Below are positions 1-12,334 of a stretch of 64,000 nucleotides of DNA, in pieces. How positions within the stretch are numbered: the stretch's first letter is position 1; each line of letters opens with the position of its first letter. The DNA is from Ancylonema sp. (taxonomy: Eukaryota). The stretch is taken from the NCBI GenBank assembly GCA_050230475.1, contig JBFLGF010000153.1, positions 1-64,000 on the forward strand. Reading direction: 5' to 3'. Made by a program: the position numbers and the translations under genes. The notes beneath the pieces were generated by a model. The model saw nothing but the letters and a program-made list of their open reading frames with translations, ran no database searches and was not told the DNA's origin.

Positions 1-204
1 CCGAAATCACGATATCGACACGCCCGCCACGCCAAATTAACTATTGATCGTTCGACTCAAAAACTACATGCGAGTGCAGATGATACCATCATGAGTATTC
101 ACACTCCAGTCAGCAAAGAGGACAAAATTTCACAGTGGATATTTTTCAGCGGCATGGGAGAAGAGTTTCACGACCTCTAAGCGCCGAAATTTCAAATTCC
201 CTCA

Positions 205-385
205 TTACTGGCACACATGTGCCTATAACGAGGGAATTTGTTACAGGCACAATATGTCACAGGTACACATTTTCGGTGTCCCGAGGGTGTGCCTGTAACG
301 AGAATTTACTGTACACCGAAAATATGTGCCTGTAACGTGATTATGCCTGTAACGAGTAAGCCTGTAACGAGAATTTACTGGACAG
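205..385. mobile_element. Degenerate terminal repeats of a pogo/Tc1-mariner-like DNA transposon or MITE
   Basis: Repeated GCCTGTAACG(AG) motif in both orientations. Two GCCTGTAACGAGAATTTACTG(TA/GA) ends (~291-313, ~360-382) read in reverse as TA-CAGTAAATTCTCGTTACAGGC, the CAGT-starting TIR style of pogo-type elements. No transposase seen. Confidence 0.45.
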
Positions 386-521
386 TCAAAGTCAGTACAG
401 TCAAAGGGTGGCCATAGTCTGTGAGTCACCCCATAAGACAAAGATGGCGTGTGCCCACGCGCTACGGATTCTGTATCGGTACTCTGACCTCGCCGAGCCT
501 TCGACTCTTCCTTTAGACACC

Positions 522-1882
522 ATGGGGTGGTTTTCTCATGATGACGCTGCGGACGTCAGCGCAAAGGTCAACTCTGGTGAGGTTTCGTCACATTTTCACG
601 TTTTCATTACCCAGATTTGGTGGATTTGAGTGGGACCGTGGAAGCACTTGAGTGACTTCTCCGATGTTGTCTATCCTTAGCAGTGGACTTGAGCAGATAC
701 TTGTCTCTTGCTTAGGTACCTTTAATACTCAATTTTAGTTGATAGATCTGGTTGCGTGAACATACCTGTTTAGGATGTGGATACGGGTCGGGGATTGTGA
801 ATAAGCTTGATCTGTTTGTCCTATTTTATCGATTTTCCTGTGAGTGTCCCTCATCCCGCGTTTGGGCTTGTGCTTTTCTCCATGTCGGCAGGCCATCATG
901 ATGGGTCGCTGACTCATGAGCTGATCGCCGGAGCTGCTGGATTTGAAGCATTCCGGGTACGTGCATCAAGGGTGTGGTAGAATCGAACTGTGTTCTTCTG
1001 ATTCCGGACACGTGGTGGTAATATTTTGGGATTTCTACCTCTCATACGTTCAGTCTGGCGACTTGTAAATGGTGCAGGCTGTTGAACAGCACCAGGCGGC
1101 CAACGGGAAGCCTCAGGTGAGTAATGTGGCCGTCATCTTCCATTCTCCTATATCTGATCTGTAGACCTCCGACTGCGTTTATCAGCCTCAGCAGGCACAG
1201 TATGTGCCTGTAGAGCCGTCTTTCCATGCATTTCCTTACCAGCAAATATTGATAAATGCCAGGGGACTTTTTCCTGGTGTTTGTGGCATAGAGCTATGCG
1301 CTGCTGAAGGAGTTGCTTGCTGGCTTTGCGGCCGCAGAAGCAGACAAGGTGAGATGTTGCCCATGCCTTGTTCGATATGATACCAATCCTCCTGTGCCAA
1401 TGATCCTCGAGCAAAGCAAAGTGCAGTTCGTCATCTTGAACCATATCAGATATATGCCTGGTAAACCGAGAGTTTGGAGGAGAAAAATTTCAAACATTCA
1501 TGTATAGTTTGTGGTGTTGCATCTGACTCACTACCTGGTTTGCTTATGCCACCATGCATGCAGCTCTTCGAGACCAAGGGACTAGACTTCATGGACAAGC
1601 AGAAGGCAAAGAAGCAAGCATCTGAGCAGGTTTGCCTTTGCACTGCTGGTCTTAAAGAAGTGGACTGTCTTGGTTTGTGTACATGCCTTTCTGCTGCACA
1701 GACTGAATGTCATGGCACGCAGAAGTGAGGTTGACATGTTCAAATTGTTTGGATGCAGGCGGTGTCTATCTACGAAAACAAGTATGGAAGCGAGGGTTAT
1801 TAGAGATGTGAAGAGTAGATATGCAGCCTACAGTCTCTTGGGTGTGCAGGCTAGAGATTGTATAGAGAGCACCATGTTATGA
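522..1882 (+). CDS. CipC-like / DUF3759 small protein, 6 exons (~104 aa), copy 1
   Basis: Exons 522-576, 892-956, 1078-1116, 1292-1348, 1564-1629 and 1850-1882, all GT-AG and phase-consistent. Translation: MGWFSHDDAADVSAKVNSGHHDGSLTHELIAGAAGFEAFRAVEQHQAANGKPQSYALLKELLAGFAAAEADKLFETKGLDFMDKQKAKKQASEQARDCIESTML*. MGWF, HELIAGAA.FEA, KELLAGFA.AE.DK and ETKGLDF.DK.KAK match recalled fungal CipC/DUF3759 motifs. Confidence 0.85.
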
Positions 1883-2159
1883 CCATCTTTGTACAGCATC
1901 AACTTATTTGGAGGAAGGAACATCACTCTCCTCTTCCCTTCTTTTGCGGGTATCTGCACATGCCTCTTCTGCAATTCTATTGTTTGATTGTGTACATCTA
2001 AATGCATGTTCATGACATGATGTAAGCTTAATCGCTGGTGGAATAAACTGTTACCAAATACTCGAGAAGTGTGCCAGAAAAAGGTGACAACAACAGCAGC
2101 CACGCACATCGACCATAACACCAGGACTGGCAGCGACATTTCAAATCAATGAACGCTGT

Positions 2160-3008
2160 TTAAATGCCTTCCTCTAATAGAGCGACCAAAGCTGGTCTGT
2201 ATACAGGACTGCCACCACTTTTAATCAATGCAAGTACTGTTTCGCCTCCACCCACCCATTCAGAGAATTGTCGCGCCTTCGCCCTCTGAATGGCGTCCAG
2301 GTGACAGATACCAATGGCTCCTCCACTCGAGGTGACCAGACAATGCACAAACAAAATAAGGCAGCGAGTGTGGAGGAAAAACAACTATAGCGAGCACCTA
2401 CGTTCACCCTCTTCAATTCCATAGGACTTGCTGATGTATGGATGTTGTCTGACGTTATGCAACCAGCCGAGCTACCTCCTTACCTCCCTCGAGCTGCCAC
2501 TGAAGTGATGCGGCCCACCACTCCTCGAAACTTCCATCCATCTTTCTCAGCCTGCCTCTCTTCCTCGCACTCTGCACCCTTCTCCACATCGGGCGGTAGA
2601 GAAGTGGCCTGCCGCCTCTGCATTTAATTCGGTTTGACGCTTTGATTTATGCACATTACGTAGAGGAGTAGAGCTACAGTCCTCCACGCCCTGCCACTTG
2701 GGGGTGCTGCCTCCTCGCCACAACACACTCGGAAAAACATAAGTAATCGGTGCAGACAGTTCCACATGCTTATGCCTGTAGCCCCTTACCTCCTGCACCA
2801 TGCATCAACGTCCTCCCTTGTGGCAGCACAAATAAGTGCCACCTCCTCTGCACTCCCTTTCCGCAGCGTCATGACTGACACAGCTACCACTTTCCCTCTG
2901 TTGCTTACTGCCCCGCCCTCTATCCCTCGCACAACCTGCCGCCGCACCTTCCCCTCCCAAAGCTGGCACCTCACATTCCCTCCTATCCCTCCTCCCCAAC
3001 CATTTGTT
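2160..3008 (-). pseudogene. POP1: 3' fragment of POP1 (inverted partial duplicate)
   Basis: Contains the last POP1 exons ending LIKSGGSPVYRPALVALLEEGI*. Everything upstream of ~3008 is missing, and there is a frameshift near 2625-2640 relative to the intact copy (KSKRQTELN vs KSKRQKQKSMQ). Confidence 0.8.
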
Positions 3009-4176
3009 ATGTGAAACACCATCGGCCATTCCGGCCTTTGCGAGTTCCAAAATACTATGAGAACATTCGAGTCAAACTCAAATATCTCGTTGCATGGAGG
3101 CAACCATCAACATCATGCTTAATTACACATAGCTCACACACATTGACAATTCGAGTGTACCAAAATGAATTAGTTCCAATGTGATCGAAGTGCATAAAAG
3201 TATCAAACTAGATCTAGGAATAAGCCGTTGCACAAACAATGCGGTTTGGCCAAATAACTAACTTCTCAAGGTCATGTGACCATGTAACTTCCTAACCTTT
3301 CAATGTCATGCGAACGATACTCTAGCTCGCGCTAGTCAACCTAGCTATGCACTCGGTCAATATAAATAACGGTATATATATATAACAATAATCTGTATCC
3401 GTTCGCGTTATAACGAGCTAAGTGAAATCTCTTCACAACCAAAGTCTATTCACTAGTGCGAACCTCGCTCTAAGGCTATTATTGATTGCTAGCTTCAATC
3501 CCCCTTGCAAGCACTTATGGCCTTAACTAGCCACTAAACATTCCCATAAGTTCCTTACACATCTCTAGCACTTGCAAGCCAACATGCTTGGTCAATTGAT
3601 CGGCAGCTATCTCCCTAGTACAAATTCAAGGACAGCTCGTCTTGAGGCGTCTTCACCTTCGTTGTCTACACAAATGTTGTCCCTGCTCGCGCGGCTATCT
3701 CCGCTAGGGATCTCATGGCGATTGTGGGTCTTCTTAGAGTTTTGTGCGCTTGTAGTTTGGTTTGTAGGGAGTGTGTTGTTGACGTTTTGTACCTTCGTGA
3801 GTCTCTATTGGTTATTTTTAAAAAAAACTTTGGGATTTTTTGCATTGGTTCACTTGCATCGGATACTTTTTCGTCGTAACAAGACGGGAATCCCGTCCTC
3901 CCAAGGTATGCTTCAGGTTATATTAAACGTGTGTTTCATCATTCGAGGAGCCAACAAACGAGGTCGCCAGTGTCAGGCCTCTCACATTGACTTTCAGACG
4001 CGACTGTTTGACTGGGCTCTTCACACGGAGCACCCCAGCTCCTGGTCAACGCAAAGTCAAACAGCAGCCTGCCACGTGTCAGACAGCTCACCGAGGGCAC
4101 GGTGAGGCCACGGTGAGGCCACGGCTTGGGAAGGAGACATAGTCGCGGTACTGTGCAGGCGACTGTGGCAATCGCC

Positions 4177-7100
4177 ATGAATACGGACGTGGGACTCCCC
4201 CGCATGCTTGATGTTCAGGAGTACGTGAATGCCCGAGTGCGCGAGATCCAGTCTCTCTCCCTTGTCCTCCATCGGCGGAGTGGACGGCCAGAATTATGGG
4301 GGGAGGAACCACTTGGCCCAATTGCACTTGTCCGTCACATGCGTCGCCGCACAAAGAGCCACAACCGGCACAAGGTGCTCTTTCGATTGAAAAAGAAACG
4401 CCCAAAAGCTGATGCACCCGGGCTCGATGAAAACAGAACGCCACTGCCAGCGAGGCCCGTGACGAGAGGGAATGGTGTTGAAGAGAATCCGCAAGAAGGC
4501 ACACCAAAATCAGAGGACCGCTCAGCCGAGACTGATTCCTCAAATACCAAACTTTGCCGTAGATTGAGGCGCCGGAATGAGCTAAAGAATCCGTGCGGCG
4601 GGGGAAGTTGGACGGGTGGGGGGCAAAGAAGATTAGAAAGCCACGTGTGGCATGCCAAAAGATTTAGCATGGTCCATCGCTGGGGGCACGTGCTAGCACA
4701 AAGTTTGCCTGGAAGGTAAGTTGGTGCCAAGAGATTCCAGCTTTCACAACTGGGACTTTGATGAGGCTCTCTTTTGCACTCGAGACTCTTGTAATGCCTT
4801 CCGCCGTACGGTTCTCATGTGGTGTTCAGTTATTGAGGTGTTTGAGGCTGACTCGGCTCCCTCGACCGACATCTGGAATGAATCTCAGATAGAATACCTT
4901 TTCTGAGCCAGTTGCTGTCCGTTCACCAAACTCGTTTCTTTGCTCTGTACCCGCAGAGGGCGTGGGTCCCGCTCTGTTCTGCACGCCCTGCGGACAACCA
5001 CTCTGCTTCACGACGCTTCTTACCACGCTCAGGCTCACTTGGAGGGGCCGCAGGTTCGGATCAACATTCCACTTTCACTCCTCCCATCACGGCTCACCTC
5101 GTCCCTGAGCTGGTGTGCAGGGTTGTCTGCAAGCGATCCTGGCAGTCCTCGGGGGCCCCCCATCTGCACCTTCCTCTTGGGGACCTGGCCAGCAGGGCCT
5201 TTTTGAGCGAGCTTTCCTGGGGGGCACCTGCTCAGGAAGCTTCCTGGTAAGAGGGGCAGTTGATCGCCCCTGTGATGGCATGTGATGACTGGCCTTCACC
5301 AAGGGAACGGGTGTGCAGTTAAGAAGGGGTGGAGCCACGCTCGGGCCTGCAGTGGCGCTGTGGCGGCCTTCAAGCGGTGGAGCTCAGCAGGCAGCAGAGG
5401 AGCGGCAGCTGTTACTGATCCTTCACCCTGCCGCTGCCGAGGAATGCGGACAGGCGATTCGAGATGCGGTGGAGGAGCAGGTATGGAGATATCTGCGAGG
5501 TCCTCGCAGGACTGCAAAAGAGTGCCGCTCCAGCCTCCTCGAATTCCTTTGTCCAGGTTCCTGAAGCAAGGCTGGTAGAGCGGCCTGACAGGATGTGCCA
5601 GGTGGAGCTGTTGGGAGCCAAGGCCTGGGAGGTGCTTCATGCAGTTCTACTGCCGCCTGCCAGGTGGAGCCTCGTCTCCCCGTTTTCGGTTTGTCTTCGT
5701 CCATGATAACAGCCAAGGAATTCAGTGAGACCCACACTCGGCTTTCTGTTGGTGCTGCAGCAGCGGTTGCCACAGTTGGGCATGGAAACTATTCCACCAC
5801 GCCCACAAGTTGCCACAAGGCGCAGTCCTGGGCCTCCATGTGGTGGACCCACGGAGAGTGAGGTTGGAGGGAGAAGGAGTGATGGGAGAGCAAGAAGATA
5901 TCATGGTGAAAGAGGAGGGCTTTGCCTCCTCGGCTGCCCTCCCTGCTGATGCGACTTCATTGTGGACTGCGTTTCCTGAAAGTGGACAGGTGGCATTTGC
6001 TGACTGTCCTAGTCTGTGGTCCCCACGCGAAGCACCTTCTACAGAGCTGCCAGTGGCGGAAGCTGTGTTGTGTGAGAGGAGGCGGCAGCGGCAGCTAGCC
6101 TTGACCAGGGGGGACCCTGTGTGCGATGAGGAAGAGCATATGGTCTCTGTGATGCTCATCAAGAGAGCCTCTGCAGGCCAAGGGTGAGGAGGGGAGAGAT
6201 CATTGAGAAGCATCCCTGCTGCTGCATTGAAAGCATGGGGAATGGTGCGAATGGGCGCATGTGCAGTTGGACTCTGCTGCTGCCCCAAGCGTGGAGCAGA
6301 GTCTTCTGGGTGGGTCTGGTGAAGGCAGGGGGACATGCCATTGGATTGCAGGACCACCGCTGGGCAGCGACACAAGTAAGGGACAGGGTGGAGGATTGAG
6401 GGTCCACGCATCGTGTTGCTCATTTGGTGAGCGGTAAGTGGCACAGGCATGCGTCTCTCTCTTCCCGTATGACTTCCCCGACTGCCCCGCCCATCATCGC
6501 CACCGAATGGAGGAGGAGAGACTGAATCTGATCGAGTATGAAAAGAAGCCCAAGTCCAAAAGGAGCCCAGCGCCACCCCTGGCCCCCACGTGGGAGGACG
6601 TCTTATCGCTACAACAGCAACAGTCGGGCGGGGAGTTGCCAAATCAGGTGCTGCCAGATGGCATCCCATCTGTGGTCAGAACAGATGGTTGGGGAGGAGG
6701 GGCAGGAGGGAATGTGAGGTGCCAGCTTCGAGAGGGGAAGGTGCGGTGGAGAGCTGTGCGAGGGATAGAGGGCAGGGTAAGCAACAGAGGGGAAGTGGTA
6801 GCTGTGTCAGTCATAATGCCGCGGAAAGGGAGTGCAGAGGAGGGGGCACTTATTTGTGTTGCCACAAGGGAGGACTTTGATGCATGGTGCAGGAGGTAAG
6901 GGGCTACAGGCATGAGCATGTGGAACTGTCTGCACCGATTACTTATGTTTTTCCGAGTGTGTTGTGGCGAGGAGGCAGCACCCCCAAGTGGCAGGGCGTG
7001 GAGGACACCAGCACTACTCTACTGCGGTCTGTGCATAAATCAAAGCGCCAAAAGCAGAAATCAATGCAGAGGTGGCAGGTCACGGCTCTATCGCCCGTTG

Positions 7101-7579
7101 TGGAGAAGGGTACACAGTACGAGGAAGAGAGGCAGGCTCTACCATCCATTGTGGAGAAGGGTGCAGACTGCGAAGAAGAGAGGCAGGCTGAGAATGATGG
7201 AGGGAAGTTCCGAGAAGTGGTGGGCCACATCACTTCAGCAGCACCTCGAGGGAGGTAAGGAGGGGGCTGGCTCAGGTGCATGACTACAGATATCAGTCCA
7301 TATAACAGCGAGTTTTGCGGAATGGAAGAGGGTGAATGTAGTTGCTTGCTAAGGTCGTTTATCATCCGCACTAGCTGCATCATTTTGTTTGTGCATTGTC
7401 TGGACAGCTCGAGTGGAAGAGCCATCGGTATCTATGGCCTGGACGCCATTCATAGGGCAAAGGCGGGACAATTTTCTGAATGGGTGGGTGGAGGCGAAAC
7501 AGTACTTGCATTGATTAAAAGTGGTGACAGTCCTGTATACAGACCAGCTTTGGTCGCTCTATTAGAGGAAGGCATCTAA
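4177..7579 (+). CDS. POP1: RNase P/MRP protein subunit POP1 (multi-exon; start codon tentative)
   Basis: N-domain motifs LPRMLDVQEYVNARVREI, RHMRRRTKSHN, RLESHVWHAKRFSM..RWG and GRGSRSVL...LLHDASY. POPLD motif WTLLLPQAWSRVFW...GLQDHRW...FPYDFPD. C-terminal VVGHITSAAPRG...YRPALVALLEEGI*. Confidence 0.9.
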
Positions 7580-9212
7580 ACATCGTTCATTGATTTGAAA
7601 CGTCGCTGCCAGATCTGGTGTTATGGTCGATGGCTGCTGTTGTTGTCACCTTTTTCTGGCACAGTTCTCGAGTATTTGGTAACAATTTCTTCTAGCAGCG
7701 ATTATGCACACGTCATGAACATGCATTTAGATGTACACAATCAAACAATAGAATTGCAGAAGAGGCATGTGCAGATACCCGCAAAAGAAGGGAAGAGGAG
7801 AGTGATGTTCCTTCCTCCAAATAAGTTGATGCTGTACAAAGATGGTCATAACATGGTGCTCTCTATACAATCTCTAGCCTGCACACCCAAGAGACTGTAG
7901 GCTGCATATCTACTCTTCACATCTCTAATAACCCTCGCTTCCATACTTGTTTTCGTAGATAGACACCGCCTGCATCCAAACAATTTGAACATGTCAACCT
8001 CACTTCTGCGTGCCATGACATTCAGTCTGTGCAGCAGAAAGGCATGTACACAAACCAAGACAGTCCACTTCTTTAAGACCAGCAGTGCAAAGGCAAACCT
8101 GCTCAGATGCTTGCTTCTTTGCCTTCTGCTTGTCCATGAAGTCTAGTCCCTTGGTCTCGAAGAGCTGCATGCATGGTGGCATAAGCAAACCAGGTAGTGA
8201 GTCAGATGCAACACCACAAACTATACATGAATGTTTGAAATTTTTCTCCTCCAAACTCTCGGTTTACCAGGCATATATCTGATATGGTTCAAGATGACGA
8301 ACTGCACTTTGCTTTGCTCGAGGATCATTGGCACAGGAGGATTGGTATCATATCGAACAAGGCATGGGCAACATCTCACCTTGTCTGCTTCTGCGGCCGC
8401 AAAGCCAGCAAGCAACTCCTTCAGCAGCGCATAGCTCTATGCCACAAACACCAGGAAAAAGTCCCCTGGCATTTATCAATATTTGCTGGTAAGGAAATGC
8501 ATGGAAAGACGGCTCTACAGGCACATACTGTGCCTGCAGAGGCTGATAAACGCAGTCGGAGGTCTACAGATCAGATATAGTAGAATGGAAGATGACGGCC
8601 ACATTACTCACCTGAGGCTTCCCGTTGGCCGCCTGGTGCTGTTCAACAGCCTGCACCATTTACAAGTCGCCAGACTGAACGTATGAGAGGTAGAAATCCC
8701 AAAATATTACCACCACGTGTCCGGAATCAGAAGAACACAGTTCGATTCTACCACATCCTTGATGCACGTACCCGGAATGCTTCAAATCCAGCAGCTCCGG
8801 CGATCAGCTCATGAGTCAGCGACCCATCGTGCTGGCCTGCCGACATGGAGAAAAGCACAAAGCCCAAACGCGGGATGAGGGACACTCCGGGAAAATCGAT
8901 ACAACCGGACAAACATATCAAGCTTATTCACAATCCCCGACCCGTATCCACATCCTAAACAGGTGTGTTCAAGCAACCAGCTTTATCAACCAAATTGAGT
9001 ATTAAAGGTACCTGAGCAAGAGACAAGTATCTGCTCAAGTCCACTGCTAAGGATAGACAACATCGGAGTAGTCACTCATGTCCTCCCACGGTAAGTCCCA
9101 CTCAAATCCACGAAATGTGGGTAACGAAAAGAATCCTGAAACGAAAACTCACCAGAGTTGACCTTTGCACTGACGTCCGCAGCCTCATCATGAGAAAACC
9201 AACCCATGGTGT
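6680..9212. repeat. Right arm of large inverted segmental duplication
   Basis: Reverse complement of ~517-3008. Near-identical over ~7711-8830, more diverged with indels outside that tract. Confidence 0.95.
7846..9207 (-). CDS. CipC-like / DUF3759 small protein, copy 2
   Basis: Same six-exon structure as copy 1. Starts MGWFSHDEAADVSAKVNSG-QHDGSLTHELIAGAAG (ATG at 9207) and ends ARDCIESTML* at 7846. Convergent with POP1. Confidence 0.85.
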
Positions 9213-11059
9213 ATGTAGGAGTTGTCGAATAAGGTGGTGTATAGACAAGAGATTTAGATTTTCTGCAGCTTATCAAATGTTGGAACGCTGACCTTTTACG
9301 CGGGGTTGGTGAGTAACAAAAAAAACATTTATGCTCAGCTAGTCGGCATGGATTCAGCCGGCCGAGTCAAGCCAATGACGAGCAATTTGAAGATCGCGTG
9401 TGCCATGCAGTCAATGGTTCGATGCTATGAATACAGGTGGGCCGTTGTGCGACGTTGCATTCGATTCATATCCACGTCAACGGTTTCTAGCTGACCAGAC
9501 CGTCCGTTGCCTATGTGTCAGTGACGTGGCAGTTAACCGTATGTGTACGGTTAATGTGCCTAACGGTTTCCCCCCGTCGGTTCAACCCCAAAAAGGCTAC
9601 GTTTCAGGATTTGCAGCCTTCTCCACTCACATGTTCTTGTACGGAAATGGGGTTTCTGTCGTCTTCCAATGCAGTAATACAACATCGCTTTTCTTACCTC
9701 AGAATCTCGATACACAATTTCCACGCTATCTGCTTTCTTGTCTATACACAAACACTAGAGCCATATGCATTGTAAAGGGACCTAGTCCTAGAAAAGTGTT
9801 CGCCATGATTATTTTTTTCGACTTAAGAATTACAGATGACGGGCTAAGTCAATTCTAATCGACATGAACGGCATCCATGTTATAATTTCTCGCCTAATGT
9901 TTTACTGATATTTAAGATATCTATCACAAAATTCATCATATTCAATGAACGTGTAAATAACATTCATGTTGATGAAGCGAGACAAGAACCCCATCCAGAT
10001 TTCAAAACCAGATTTCAAGCCCGACATAAATGTACTACGAAGGACGGTTAACGAAACGTGAACTGTGAATATGAAATGCCTAATATAACGCAACTGCGCA
10101 TCATAGGCGAGTCGACCTTTTATGACATCAACACTTGCCTTTAAACGAGGCTGGTGGACACCTTGTATTGATGTTCGTAGGTATACATTTTCACCACGCT
10201 TCGAGCATGGCACTAGTTGCATATGTGGAGTATTTGCAACATATTTGTGTATTAATGATGTGTTAATTAGTTCGGCCAAAGTTGCCGTAATAGTGCGCGG
10301 TTCTGTGACGCTTTTGGTTTTTGGATTGTTTTTCGTGTTTTTGGTTATTCGCGTCTATGACTTGAAGTGACGTTTTGTCTTTGGGAATATTTATAATACT
10401 GACACGTGTTGTTTTTCACTCTTGTTTAGAATGATTAGTTGTATCGGTAGAAAAGTTCTGACGTGTGTCAGTGAAATGTGTCAGTAGTCGCGTTATTGTT
10501 GGCTCGGCGCGCAATAACTCAATCAATAGTTGACGATCGTTCGGTGAATAGGGTCATTAGTCATTTGGAGATATTGTCAACTTGATGACAAGACAAGGTC
10601 TTACTTGGCTAGTTTTGAGATTCTCATACAATGGGTATAGGTACAATTCTTCTCCGGTGTTGTTTTTTACTTGCTTTTATATGAAAGAAGCTTTGTCTAT
10701 GAGCTGCGCCATATGTGAATGAGTAGAGGTCTGAGTCTGAGTTTGTGTTGAGCGCAATCTGAGTAAGAGTTGAGTTCTGAGTTTGAGTTGGGTATTACTC
10801 AAGTGTAAAGAGTTGAGTTGAGTGGACGTCACAATGGCGTCCACAGCATACGGCATAACCCAAGTTTCATAATCTTAGTGAAGGAGACTATGGTTGAGCA
10901 ATTGGGATGGATTCAAGTGAACGGGACGAGTGCCTATAGCCAAGACCTCATTATAAATAGTATTTAGAATGCATGGTTGCACGCTATGGCATCTATACCC
11001 TCCGATACACCGTATACGATACGACAATACGGCGACATGACTTGATAGGTCATGCACTG

Positions 11060-11420
11060 CCTGGGTTGCTCCGATTCGCGTATCGGTGTCCGATACGATA
11101 TGACATGATGCGGCTTGTGTCTCTTTCCCGCGTATTCAAAATGTGTTAAAAATTTCTACATTTTTGTTTGGGTAAAAGGAAACAATGTCTTTACCAAGAA
11201 TATTGCGTGTTGTATCGCTTGTTTTTTGGGTGTATTTACCCCATGTGCACAAGTTTGGCGGGACACGCGAATGGCGTGTCCAATCGGATAAGCGTATTGG
11301 CACGATACGATACGGGCCATGTTAAAAACCCGGCACGGGGCAAAATTCGCAAAATTCGTCGATATGTCATATCGTATCAGAAGCGTCTCGGATACGATAC
11401 AAGTGTCATGCAACTATGTT
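11060..11420. repeat. Possible MITE-like element with GATACGATAC/GTATCG subterminal motifs
   Basis: Repeated CGATACGATA / TATCGTATC motifs between imperfect inverted ends CTGGGTTGC (~11061) and GCAACTATG (~11410). Non-coding. Confidence 0.3.
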
Positions 11421-12334
11421 TGAATAAGTACCTCGACATTGTGAATGAGTGACACGATCTATCACTAATTACACCATGTAGAACCAAACTGAAGGTCACG
11501 TTCCGTGATCGAACCCATTGCCCCGACTCAAATCTGGACCCACACCGGGACACTAGTAAAAAAGGTCCGAAAGTTAGGGATTGAGGATTTAGGTGAGAGC
11601 GACACTCACCACTCTCTACCAAATGGCGGAATGATGGTTTGTGAAACCAAAACAACTTTGAGTTCCCCGACTCCAACGACAGAATGAGTGCTGACGGAAT
11701 AGAGTTCGAGGGGCCGAATTTAGATGATGCATGATCTGAACAATAACGACAAAAACCCATGGAATCCTTGAAAGGTACAGGAACGGAACATGATGTAATT
11801 GGGGTCTACAGTCGATCCTAAAAGGCGGTCAAATGCATAGGTGATCGGATAATGTTTCGATTTAGCACAAACCACATCGATGGTTTCCGACCATTATTTT
11901 CCACGACTCGGATATCACATTTCTGAGATTCAAACATTCAAACATGCCGAAAGATATTGTGATACAACCCCAAATGATGCTCGACAAAAGACGAACTCTA
12001 GCTCGTATTTTACGGTCGAACATTATATCAGCATTCACATGAAGTAGGTGTTGAAATAAACAGCGCACATCCATTCGAATGCGCGGAGCATGCATTCGCG
12101 TGTTGTTTTTTTAGTCCAAGTGTTGCTCAAATGACAACCTCCACAAAAAGTTCGAGTCGAATCAGACATTCCTTCGAGCAATCGAGGAAGTCTCTGAATT
12201 ATTTGCATCCAAACCAATGCAAGTCGAGTCGTGTACATGGCAAAAACGATTGGTTTCAATGAAGAAAATAAATGGACTTGAGCCTCCTCTACACCCCCCC
12301 CCTGCCCCAAGTGGACCCCACCGCCCACACGGTC

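Larger units (their letters stand above)
517..3008. repeat. Left arm of large inverted segmental duplication (partner ~6680-9212)
   Basis: ORFs mirror each other with a constant coordinate sum of 9728 (e.g. 1670..1882+ vs 7846..8058-; 1042..1245- vs 8483..8686+). Homology runs from the CipC start codon to inside POP1. Confidence 0.95.

Noticed and set aside
3690..3760. Conserved element shared with ~27590-27650
   Set aside because: Short diverged dispersed repeat with no defined ends, RNA fold or coding signal.
3572..4105. 177-aa ORF with hydrophobic stretch upstream of POP1
   Set aside because: Non-ATG start, overlaps T-rich repeat and promoter sequence, and no family resemblance.
10725..10825. 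Degenerate GAGTT/CTGAGT repeat
   Set aside because: Low-complexity sequence with no regular period.
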